DNA of 61,420 bases from NCBI GenBank assembly GCA_001783515.1, contig MFMN01000003.1, forward strand, positions 1-61,420, given 5' to 3'. Of this stretch, positions 29,525 to 36,540 are shown in pieces (position 1 is the first letter of the stretch; each line of letters begins with the position of its first letter). Under the pieces are notes generated by a model. The model did not search any database. It was not told the DNA's origin and saw only the letters and a list, made by a program, of their open reading frames with translations. The DNA is from Candidatus Kaiserbacteria bacterium RIFCSPLOWO2_12_FULL_50_10 (GTDB lineage Bacteria > Patescibacteriota > Minisyncoccia > Phycocordibacterales > UBA918). The translations under genes and the position numbers were made by a program.

Positions 29525-29746
29525 ATGAATTCCAAAAACCTCATTGTGCTCGCGCTCGTCGGTGTCGTTGTGCTTACCGGTGCGCTCATCGTAGCAACAT
29601 CGGACATGCGTGGTGGCGATCGTGCCCCACGCGCAGCAAAGACACAGACTCCGCGTCCATCTGAAGGTAGTATGTCGGGCGAAGCAACACAAACCTCAGT
29701 CGAGATTGTGTCTGACAACGTCGAGACATCAGTTACCGTTCAGTAG
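29525..29746 (+). CDS. Small membrane-anchored hypothetical protein
   Basis: 73 aa with an N-terminal TM helix (LIVLALVGVVVLTGALIVA). Confidence 0.4.
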   Translation: MNSKNLIVLALVGVVVLTGALIVATSDMRGGDRAPRAAKTQTPRPSEGSMSGEATQTSVEIVSDNVETSVTVQ

Positions 29747-29800
29747 CATAAAAAGAACAATCCTAGGCAAATGCTCGGGGTTGTTTTTTTGTCCCGCGTG

Positions 29801-29809
29801 TGGTATATT
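29801..29809 (+). promoter_or_regulatory. Extended -10 box TGGTATATT of the L3 operon, followed by ~129-nt leader
   Basis: tggtatatt at 29801; rplC ATG at 29939. The leader contains hairpins, for example CACGTCTGT/ACAGATGTG. Confidence 0.5.
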
Positions 29810-29938
29810 CCTCAGGCTTTTCAAGACCTACGTACCACGTCTGTGCATAACAGATGTGAGACCAATGGGCAACTAATATTCCCATGCTTGAAAGTACGAC
29901 GTATCCCGTCGGTATTATTCAGTAAGAATCTATCTCAC

Positions 29939-30562
29939 ATGATGAAATATGTTCTCGGCACCAAGGAGCGCATGACGCAAGTCTTCGACGCAACAGGTGT
30001 CGTTACACCCGCGACAGTTATCCATGTCACGCCACATACCGTCACTGCAGTGAAAACTACAGCGACTGATGGCTACGACGCGGTGCAGGTTGCTACTCGT
30101 GAACAAAAGGCTTCACGCGTTGCAAAGGCGCAGCAGACAACGCTCGGCGGTGTAAAAAAGTTCATCCAGGAAATGCGTCCGCGCACAACCAAGGATGAAT
30201 CAATCGAAGGTTTTGCACTCGGCGACACCTTCGATGCCTCTGCGTTTGCAGTTGGCGATGTTATCGAAGTCTCTGCAATTTCAAAGGGTAAGGGCTTCCA
30301 GGGTGTCGTGAAGCGCCATGGTTTCCATGGCGACAAGGCGACTCACGGACGCAAGCGTACGCACCGCGCCCCTGGTTCTATCGGAGCCACAGGTCTCGGA
30401 CGCGTTATCAAAGGTATGCGTATGGCCGGCCGTATGGGCGGCGATCGTGTTACCGTTAAAAACCTCACTGTCGTACAGGTCGACGCAGCTGCAGGCATCC
30501 TCGTAGTTTCGGGAGCAGTTCCGGGACACAAGGGTACACTCGTAGAAGTTCGCGCAAAATAA
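29939..30562 (+). CDS. rplC: 50S ribosomal protein L3
   Basis: MMKYVLGTKERMTQVFDATGVVTPATVI and ...FQGVVKRHGF.G are L3 signatures. The track ORF carries a spurious 56-aa N-extension. Confidence 0.95.
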   Translation: MMKYVLGTKERMTQVFDATGVVTPATVIHVTPHTVTAVKTTATDGYDAVQVATREQKASRVAKAQQTTLGGVKKFIQEMRPRTTKDESIEGFALGDTFDASAFAVGDVIEVSAISKGKGFQGVVKRHGFHGDKATHGRKRTHRAPGSIGATGLGRVIKGMRMAGRMGGDRVTVKNLTVVQVDAAAGILVVSGAVPGHKGTLVEVRAK

Positions 30563-30566
30563 TCGT

Positions 30567-31259
30567 ATGAAAACTACAATCTATACACAGGCAGCAAAGG
30601 CCGCTGGCGAACTCGAGCTTCCAGAAAACACCTTCGGTGTTGCATGGAATGATCAGTTCATGCATGACATGATCGTGAGCTATCAGTCAAACGCTCGTTC
30701 TGGCACCGCACACACCAAGGGTCGTGGCGATGTCGTCGGGACGGGCGCAAAGCCATGGAATCAAAAGGGAACTGGTCGGGCACGTCACGGTGACCGTAAG
30801 AGTCCAATCTGGAAGGGCGGCGGTGTCGCACACGGTCCAACGTCAGCAAGGAACTTCACCAAGAAGATCAATAAAAACGCACGTGCTCGCGCACTTGCCA
30901 TTGCTCTCTCAAAGAAGTTTGCTGATGGAGAAATCCTCTTTGTCGACGCGCTCACGTTTGCAGCTCCAAAGACAAAGGACGCACGCACCGTGCTCTCAAC
31001 CCTCGGTTCTATCGAAGGAAAGGAAGCGCTTGCTACACGTCGCAAGAACGCAGCAACTATCATTCTCGCCGATCGTGACATGAATACCGAAAAGAGCTTT
31101 GCAAACTTCGGCAACATCACGGTTACCCAAGCAAAGGATGTGAACGTTGTTGAACTTCTTACCAATAAGTTTGTGGTCATCGCTGGCGCAAAGGACTCAC
31201 TTGAGACTCTTGTAAAGCGAACGGCAACAAAGACTGCTCGTAAGGCAGCTAATGCATAA
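30567..31259 (+). CDS. rplD: 50S ribosomal protein L4
   Basis: 230 aa with TKGRGDVVGTGAKPWNQKGTGRARHGDRKSPIWKGGGVAHGP. Confidence 0.95.
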   Translation: MKTTIYTQAAKAAGELELPENTFGVAWNDQFMHDMIVSYQSNARSGTAHTKGRGDVVGTGAKPWNQKGTGRARHGDRKSPIWKGGGVAHGPTSARNFTKKINKNARARALAIALSKKFADGEILFVDALTFAAPKTKDARTVLSTLGSIEGKEALATRRKNAATIILADRDMNTEKSFANFGNITVTQAKDVNVVELLTNKFVVIAGAKDSLETLVKRTATKTARKAANA

Positions 31260-31620
31260 TAATTCTATGGCATTGTTTGGTTCAAAGAAAAAGACCGCGA
31301 CAGCGGCACGCAAGGTTGCAGCAAAGGGTGACACTACTCTCGACCGCAACATTGGCAGTAAAATCCTCCGCCCACGCATCACCGAAAAGGCAATGCGTGT
31401 TGCAGAGAAGAACGTCTATGTGTTTGAAATCGCTCAGAAGGCAACAAAGACCGACGTTCGCGATGCAATCCGTACACTCTATGGAGTGAATCCGGTTGCA
31501 ATCCGCACCACCACACGAGTAGCTCACGAAGCTGCAAAGCGTGGTCGCAAGATTCATGTCGCAGGCATTAAAAAGGCTTACGTACAATTGAAGGAAGGCG
31601 ATACTATTACGGCAGCGTAA
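31252..31620 (+). CDS. rplW: 50S ribosomal protein L23
   Basis: ILRPRITEKAMRVAEKNVYVFEIAQKATKTDVRDAI. The start may be 31252 (overlapping rplD) or 31267. Confidence 0.9.
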   Translation: MHNNSMALFGSKKKTATAARKVAAKGDTTLDRNIGSKILRPRITEKAMRVAEKNVYVFEIAQKATKTDVRDAIRTLYGVNPVAIRTTTRVAHEAAKRGRKIHVAGIKKAYVQLKEGDTITAA

Positions 31621-31669
31621 TAGTTTGACAAGTATCGGAAACGTGTTGTTTCCGGCAAAGTAAATTAGT

Positions 31670-32530
31670 ATGAAAAAATATAATCCAACCTCTGAAGGCC
31701 GCCGCGGCATGACGGGCATTGAGTACCGCAAGGTACTTACGTCAAACCAGAGCGCGCCGCTCAAATCGCTCACGAAGGGGATGCGTTCAACAGGTGGACG
31801 CAACTCACAGGGGCGTACGACGATGTTCAACCGTGGCGGTGGCGTAAAGCGCACCTATCGTGTTGTCGACTTCAAGTTCGACAAGAAGGACATTCCAGCA
31901 ACTATCGAGTCAATCGAATACGACCCATTCCGCTCAGGATTCATCGCGCTCGTACTCTACAAGGACGGTGAACGCCGCTACATCCTTGCTCCAAAGGAGC
32001 TTAAGGTGGGCGATACGTTCGTAGTCTCAGCAGAGGCACGCCCAGCTATCGGTAATCGTTTGCCGCTTGGCAAGCTTTCTGCAGGTACCTTCGTGTACAA
32101 CATCGAGACAAAACCACTTGGTGGCGCACGTCTCGTACGTTCAGCAGGTACACGCGCAGAAGTTGTTGCGCAGGATGGTGTGTACACACACATCCGCCTT
32201 CCTTCAACCGAAGTTCGTAAAATTATCGGAACCGCATGGGCAACCGTTGGTACCGTTTCAAACGAAGAGCACAGCCTCGTCGTTATCGGTAAGGCAGGAC
32301 GTGCACGTCACATGGGGCTTCGTCCGAAGACTCGTGGTACCGCAAAGAACGCCGTCGACCACCCACACGGTGGTGGTGAGCAGCGAAGCCCTCGTGGTCA
32401 TCGCCGCGAACGCACCAAGCAGGGTCGCCCAACAGGTAAGGGACAAAAGACACGATCACCGAAGAAGCACTCAAACAAGTTTATCGTGTCTCGTCGCAAG
32501 CCGGGCAAGCTTATGACTTCACGCAAATAA
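31670..32530 (+). CDS. rplB: 50S ribosomal protein L2
   Basis: 286 aa with GRNSQGRTTMFNRGGGVKR and NAVDHPHGGGEQRSPRG. Confidence 0.95.
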   Translation: MKKYNPTSEGRRGMTGIEYRKVLTSNQSAPLKSLTKGMRSTGGRNSQGRTTMFNRGGGVKRTYRVVDFKFDKKDIPATIESIEYDPFRSGFIALVLYKDGERRYILAPKELKVGDTFVVSAEARPAIGNRLPLGKLSAGTFVYNIETKPLGGARLVRSAGTRAEVVAQDGVYTHIRLPSTEVRKIIGTAWATVGTVSNEEHSLVVIGKAGRARHMGLRPKTRGTAKNAVDHPHGGGEQRSPRGHRRERTKQGRPTGKGQKTRSPKKHSNKFIVSRRKPGKLMTSRK

Positions 32531-32542
32531 TAAGAAACGTAT

Positions 32543-32806
32543 ATGAAAACAGATATTCATCCAAAGGGATACCGTAAGGTAATCTTCAAGGATACGTCAG
32601 CAAACGTATCGTTCCTTATTGGCTCAACCGTGAAGGAAGACGGTAAGGACACCTGGACCGATGGTCAGGAGTACCCGATGAAAGAAATCGGCATCTCATC
32701 TGCATCGCATCCATTCTACACTGGTCAGGAAAAGGTCATGGACACTGCCGGACGTGTAGAGAAATTTAAGGCAAAGATGTCAAAAGTTGCATCTCGCAAG
32801 AAATAA
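32543..32806 (+). CDS. rpmE: 50S ribosomal protein L31 (type B-like, no CxxC pair)
   Basis: MKTDIHPKGYRKVIFKD...SSASHPFYTGQEKVMDTAGRVEKF. Confidence 0.9.
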   Translation: MKTDIHPKGYRKVIFKDTSANVSFLIGSTVKEDGKDTWTDGQEYPMKEIGISSASHPFYTGQEKVMDTAGRVEKFKAKMSKVASRKK

Positions 32807-32809
32807 TAG

Positions 32810-32929
32810 TTCTTCCAAAATGGGCGAATTTGCATCAGCTTCGGAAATTTTTATCCTCGCCGTAGGTTGACTACGGCTCCGGTAAAAATTTACCTCCAGC
32901 CGACGCAACTTCATCCCATTTAGAAAGAA
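32810..32929 (+). repeat. Family-1 palindromic intergenic element, copy C
   Basis: It starts 3 nt after the rpmE TAA: TTCTTCCAAAATGGGCGAATTTGCA...CCCATTTAGAAAGAA. Confidence 0.85.
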
Positions 32930-33056
32930 GTACACGTGCGGGAAAACATTTGACAATTTGCTAGATTTCGCTATTATAGCAACACATTCAGGAGACGAAA
33001 GTTTCCGAAATGGTCATAACTGACCGAGCGGCACTACGAAGGTATGTGCCTACCTC

Positions 33057-33129
33057 GGGCCTGTAGCTCATCTGGTAGAGCGCCCCGCTTGCACCGGGGA
33101 GGTAGCGGGTTCAAGTCCTGTCGGGTCCA
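33057..33129 (+). tRNA. tRNA-Ala (anticodon TGC)
   Basis: GGGCCTGTAGCTCATCTGGTAGAGCGCCCCGCTTGCACCGGGGAGGTAGCGGGTTCAAGTCCTGTCGGGTCCA. It folds as a cloverleaf with G3:U70 and a CTTGCAC anticodon loop. Confidence 0.9.
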
Positions 33130-33179
33130 CAAAGACATAAAACCAACGCGTCTAGCGTTGGTTTTATCTTGTCTTTGTG
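33128..33179. terminator. Long perfect hairpin after tRNA-Ala
   Basis: CACAAAGACATAAAACCAACGC-GTCTA-GCGTTGGTTTTATCTTGTCTTTGTG. Confidence 0.7.
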
Positions 33180-33180
33180 A

Positions 33181-33354
33181 GACCCGACAGGACTTGAACG
33201 CCGGAGCCGGTATACAAGATTGTTACTGATACGAAGCTTTTGCGTAGTACAGTAACAATACTTGTCGGAGAGGCGGGGTCGGCAACGCTTAGTATTTTTG
33301 GAGCGGCAGCGAACAACAAATACTTTAGCGATTGTGACCAAGTCCTGTCGGGTC
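33181..33354 (-). ncRNA. Candidate structured RNA/element, tRNA-linked family, copy 2 (convergent with tRNA-Ala)
   Basis: It has a 16-bp terminal helix GACCCGACAGGACTTG/CAAGTCCTGTCGGGTC, the conserved core, and hairpin ATTGTTACTG/CAGTAACAAT. It aligns with 14449-14607. Confidence 0.45.
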
Positions 33355-33364
33355 ATCCCGCATT

Positions 33365-33691
33365 TTACTCGACCGTAAAATTATACCCAGAAAATCTCCC
33401 AGAAAGTATTTGACGCGTGACATCACGGTCTGGTTCAGTCCCGAAAACAGTACTTGTCCCGTAGAGTGTTGCATGGGTGCCTTCCATCTTTATTTTTCCG
33501 CCACCTTTGCAAACACAGATGACATCGTCACCAAGTTCCTTTTGAAACAACGCGAAGAGGTCTTTGTGCCACTCTGCAATGTGTGGTGGCGCTACAGCAA
33601 TATATATTTCTGCACCACAGGTAATCACAATAAATTTTCCACTTTCGAGATGCTCAGTAGGCATAAACACCTGTTGGACTATGTTTTTCAT
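33365..33691 (-). CDS. Hypothetical protein (108 aa)
   Basis: The ORF has AAGTATACT plus 6 nt immediately upstream of the ATG (33698-33703). I recognise no family. Confidence 0.5.
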   Translation of the reverse strand: MKNIVQQVFMPTEHLESGKFIVITCGAEIYIAVAPPHIAEWHKDLFALFQKELGDDVICVCKGGGKIKMEGTHATLYGTSTVFGTEPDRDVTRQILSGRFSGYNFTVE

Positions 33692-33777
33692 ACATGCAGT
33701 ATACTTGAAAAAGTTAGGAAAGAAAAAGGTTTCCTAGATTACACCCAATTTCTCAAAAACTACGGTATACTACACCC

Positions 33778-34152
33778 ATGAACGAACCAACGACACGCTC
33801 GCTTGATGAACTGCTCGGTAAGGAAACGTATGTGTATCAAGGGAAGACCTATGCACGCAGAGACCTCTATAAAGCATCATCGCTCAAAACGGTGCTCATT
33901 ACAGCGTATGTGGTTGTGGTAGTGGTTGCTATTGGTGGCGTAGCGGCGTGGTCGCTCGGTGCTACGATTCCGCTTCCTGATTTTTTGCTGGGGATTCAAG
34001 AAGAAGCGCCGGTCGTGCAGGTGCGAGAGCGTGCAGTAGCGCCACCCGTGGCTCCTGCAGAGGTTGCGACAACAACGGATGCGAACGGGCAGGTGAGTAC
34101 ATCGGTAGAGGTTGTCGGCGCGACGAGTACCGCGAGTACCACGACTCAGTAA
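33778..34152 (+). CDS. Membrane-anchored hypothetical protein
   Basis: 124 aa with one TM helix (VLITAYVVVVVVAIGGVAAW). CGGTATACT plus 6 nt precedes the ATG. Confidence 0.5.
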   Translation: MNEPTTRSLDELLGKETYVYQGKTYARRDLYKASSLKTVLITAYVVVVVVAIGGVAAWSLGATIPLPDFLLGIQEEAPVVQVRERAVAPPVAPAEVATTTDANGQVSTSVEVVGATSTASTTTQ

Positions 34153-34198
34153 TTGCTTATAGGGGCGTGTACGTATTGTTGAGGTTGTTGTTCTAACG

Positions 34199-34266
34199 CC
34201 TGGGTTCCTCCTGAATGACAAAAGTTACCTGTAATGCTTTAGATTGATTGGATGGTTAAAACCATG
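34199..34266 (+). repeat. Family-2 element, left-half copy
   Basis: CCTGGGTTCCTCCTGAATGACAAAAGTTACCTGTAATGCTTTAGATTGATT... is homologous to 53411-53475. No right inverted repeat is present. Confidence 0.55.
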
Positions 34267-34302
34267 TTATAAGAAAACTCGCATTGCTGCGAGTTTTCTT
34301 TT

Positions 34303-34376
34303 TGGTAGCGGGAACTGGAATCGAACCAGTGTCTTGAGGTTATGAGCCTCACGAGGTACCTCTCCTCTATCCCGCT
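34303..34376 (-). tRNA. tRNA-Met type (anticodon CAT; elongator Met or Ile2), CCA encoded
   Basis: The reverse complement reads AGCGGGATAGAGGAGAGGTACCTCGTGAGGCTCATAACCTCAAGACACTGGTTCGATTCCAGTTCCCGCTACCA. It lacks the three G-C pairs of an initiator anticodon stem. Confidence 0.85.
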
Positions 34377-34414
34377 GTGTAATCTTGCTGGTGTTGTTTT
34401 ATAGACCGACACAG

Positions 34415-34472
34415 GTCTTGAGGTTATGAGTCATATAATTCCTCTTGCGAGGTACCTCTCCTCTATCCCGCT
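34415..34472 (-). pseudogene. Partial tRNA-Met copy (5' half plus anticodon loop, 17-nt replacement in anticodon stem)
   Basis: The first 25 nt and the 16 nt CTCATAACCTCAAGAC are identical to the intact gene 38 nt downstream. TGAGG is replaced by CAAGAGGAATTATATGA. There is no T arm and no acceptor 3' strand. Confidence 0.7.
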
Positions 34473-34550
34473 ATATTTTCTGATGATGTTTGGGAACCTG
34501 TACCATAACAAAAAAGATGACAAAAGTCCAGTCGCTCATTTGATGTGGCG

Positions 34551-34559
34551 TGGTATAGT
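34551..34559 (+). promoter_or_regulatory. Extended -10 box TGGTATAGT, 6 nt upstream of mreB ATG
   Basis: The sequence reads tggtatagt, gcaagg, then ATG (34566). Confidence 0.6.
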
Positions 34560-34565
34560 GCAAGG

Positions 34566-35582
34566 ATGTTAGAAGAACTGTTCGGCGTAAGTAAGGTTGG
34601 TATTGATCTCGGCACAACGAGCGTGCTGGTGTATGTGCCAGGGAAAGGGGTGGTAACGTATGAACCATCAGTTGTTGCAGTGTCTGATGACCAGCAGATT
34701 CTTGCGGTGGGCGACGAAGCGAAGCGCATGATTGGACGTACGCCTGAGCATATTCGTGCGTATCGCCCGATGAAGGACGGGGTGATTGCAGACTATCGTG
34801 TGACGGAGGCTATGCTTCGATATTTTTTGCGCCAAGCATGCGGACGATTCTCGCTGCGCAGGCCCGACGTGCTTGTCTCGGTGCCATCAGGGGTTTCGTC
34901 AACAGAGAAGCGCGCAGTCATCGAAGCGGCGCTCAATGCTGGCGCGAAGAATGCCTATGTGCTCAAGGAGCCGATTCTTGCAGCTCTTGGCGCGGGGCTT
35001 CCTATTTATGAGCCGTGCGGACATCTCATTGTTGATATTGGTGGCGGCACGACTGATGCGGCGGTTATTTCGCTTGGATCAATTGTTGCCGCAACGTCAG
35101 TCCGCTGCGCCGGGAACAAAATAGATGCAACGATTGTCGATTATGTAAAGAAGACCTACAATCTTGCGATTGGTGAAAAAACTGCCGAGGATATTAAAAT
35201 AGGTATTGGCTCAGCACTTCCTGTTGAAGAGGAACTCTCCATGGAAGTAAAAGGACGTGATCTCATGTCGGGGCTTCCGCGCACGATTGAACTCAAGACA
35301 AATGAGGTGGTGCGCGCTACACAGAAAGAGCTTCGCGAGATTGTGGGTGCTATCAAAACCGTTTTCCAAGATACGCCGCCAGAGCTTGCTGCGGATATTA
35401 TTGATTACGGGATTATTCTTACCGGAGGCTCGTCACAACTTCGCAACCTTGCAGAGTTTGTGAAGCGTCGTACGGGGGTAAAAACAAAAGTGGCAGAGCA
35501 GGCGCAGTTTTGTGTGGTGAAGGGGACGGGAATAGCACTGCAGCATTTAGACATGTATAAACAGGCCCTAATCAGAAAATAG
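34566..35582 (+). CDS. mreB: Rod shape-determining protein MreB
   Basis: VGIDLGTTSVLVYV, RPMKDGVIADY and DIGGGTTD are actin-fold MreB motifs. Confidence 0.9.
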   Translation: MLEELFGVSKVGIDLGTTSVLVYVPGKGVVTYEPSVVAVSDDQQILAVGDEAKRMIGRTPEHIRAYRPMKDGVIADYRVTEAMLRYFLRQACGRFSLRRPDVLVSVPSGVSSTEKRAVIEAALNAGAKNAYVLKEPILAALGAGLPIYEPCGHLIVDIGGGTTDAAVISLGSIVAATSVRCAGNKIDATIVDYVKKTYNLAIGEKTAEDIKIGIGSALPVEEELSMEVKGRDLMSGLPRTIELKTNEVVRATQKELREIVGAIKTVFQDTPPELAADIIDYGIILTGGSSQLRNLAEFVKRRTGVKTKVAEQAQFCVVKGTGIALQHLDMYKQALIRK

Positions 35583-35584
35583 CA

Positions 35585-35704
35585 GAACTTCCAAAATTGG
35601 CACATTTGCACATGCTTCAGTCGCTCGCTTCTCGCGGTACGTTGGGTACCGCTCCTGCGCTCACTTCTTCCAGCCAGCACAACTGCGCTCAATTTTGAAA
35701 GTTC
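35585..35704 (+). repeat. Family-1 palindromic intergenic element, copy D (variant interior)
   Basis: It starts 2 nt after the mreB TAG: GAACTTCCAAAATTGGCACATTTGCA...CTCAATTTTGAAAGTTC. Confidence 0.8.
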
Positions 35705-35780
35705 TGCCTTCGCGGGAGTTGCGGTATGCTTTGTTGCGGCGGATTGTCTTTTGCGACGATTTATGTATAATGCGCTAACC

Positions 35781-36056
35781 ATGACACACGAGCGAGAAGA
35801 AGACATACAGGCTCTTCATGAGGAGCTCGGAGAACTTCGCAAGGAGCTTGCGAAGAACTCGTCATTGGTAAAGAAGATATACCGCCATACCGCTATTGCG
35901 AACGCAATGCGATTCATCTGGCTCGCTATCATTGTGGGTATTCCCGTTGTTGCCTATATTTTTGCGGGTTCGTTTATTGAAACGATTGCAAATTATATCA
36001 ATGCGCAAATCCAGGAAATCCTCAATGCATACCTCCAGCAGTATCTTGGAAGGTAA
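35781..36056 (+). CDS. Coiled-coil plus TM hypothetical protein
   Basis: MTHEREEDIQALHEELGELRKELAKN followed by a TM segment. TGTATAAT plus 9 nt precedes this ATG (M11 of the track ORF). Confidence 0.45.
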   Translation: MTHEREEDIQALHEELGELRKELAKNSSLVKKIYRHTAIANAMRFIWLAIIVGIPVVAYIFAGSFIETIANYINAQIQEILNAYLQQYLGR

Positions 36057-36072
36057 AATACTATATACCAAC

Positions 36073-36228
36073 GCTTGGGTAGCTCAGTTTGAGGAGACCG
36101 ACCGCTTCCGCGGACCAGGTCGGTCTCGCTGCTAAGGATGTCGGCCGCCGCCGACACTATCAAAAATGTTTGCTTTCGCAAACATGGCAGATAGAGCACT
36201 CATTGCCTGCGATGGAATGCTGAAGAGT
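36073..36228 (+). pseudogene. Degenerate tRNA-Phe copy 1 with ~102-nt D-loop insert
   Basis: GCTTGGGTAGCTCAGTT is identical to the intact gene. Then comes an insert at 36090-36191 with three hairpins, then TAGAGCACTC, an 18-nt insert and CTGAAGAG. There is no T arm. Confidence 0.65.
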
Positions 36229-36235
36229 ATAATAC

Positions 36236-36308
36236 GCTTGGGTAGCTCAGTTGGTAGAGCACTCCCCTGAAGAGGGAGGGGTCACCAGTTCGACCCTGGT
36301 CCCAAGCA
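36236..36308 (+). tRNA. tRNA-Phe (anticodon GAA)
   Basis: GCTTGGGTAGCTCAGTTGGTAGAGCACTCCCCTGAAGAGGGAGGGGTCACCAGTTCGACCCTGGTCCCAAGCA. It folds as a canonical cloverleaf. Confidence 0.9.
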
Positions 36309-36317
36309 CAAAATAAA

Positions 36318-36486
36318 TAGCTCAGTTGGACACCGCTCCACTACGTTCCGCGGCGCAGAGCCTGCACTCGCGATCAAAAAGAACATGCCCTACGGGACAC
36401 GTTCTTTTTGTCACTCGTTTGACTCTGATAGAGCACTCCCCTGAAGAGGGAGGGTGTCGCCGAGTTCCGAACCCTGGTCCCAAGCA
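36318..36486 (+). pseudogene. Degenerate tRNA-Phe copy 3 with 99-nt D-loop insert, lacking 5' acceptor strand
   Basis: TAGCTCAGTTGG, then an insert at 36330-36428, then TAGAGCACTCCCCTGAAGAGGGAGGG (identical anticodon arm). A corrupted T arm follows, then CCCTGGTCCCAAGCA. Confidence 0.65.
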
Positions 36487-36491
36487 CCTAT

Positions 36492-36522
36492 AAAAACGCA
36501 ATGCATACGCATTGCGTTTTTT
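36492..36522 (+). terminator. Intrinsic terminator hairpin
   Basis: AAAAACGCAATGC-ATAC-GCATTGCGTTTTTT. Confidence 0.75.
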
Positions 36523-36525
36523 GCG

Positions 36526-36534
36526 TGGTATACT
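36526..36534 (+). promoter_or_regulatory. Extended -10 box TGGTATACT, 6 nt upstream of ATG 36541
   Basis: The sequence reads tggtatact, ctccct, then ATG. Confidence 0.6.
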
Positions 36535-36540
36535 CTCCCT

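Noticed and set aside
36318-36486. Downstream tRNA-Phe-like copy as a functional intron-containing tRNA
   Set aside because: It lacks the 5' acceptor strand (AAAATAAA instead of GCTTGGG). Its T arm is disrupted by indels. The insert contains what looks like the terminator hairpin of the intact tRNA-Phe.
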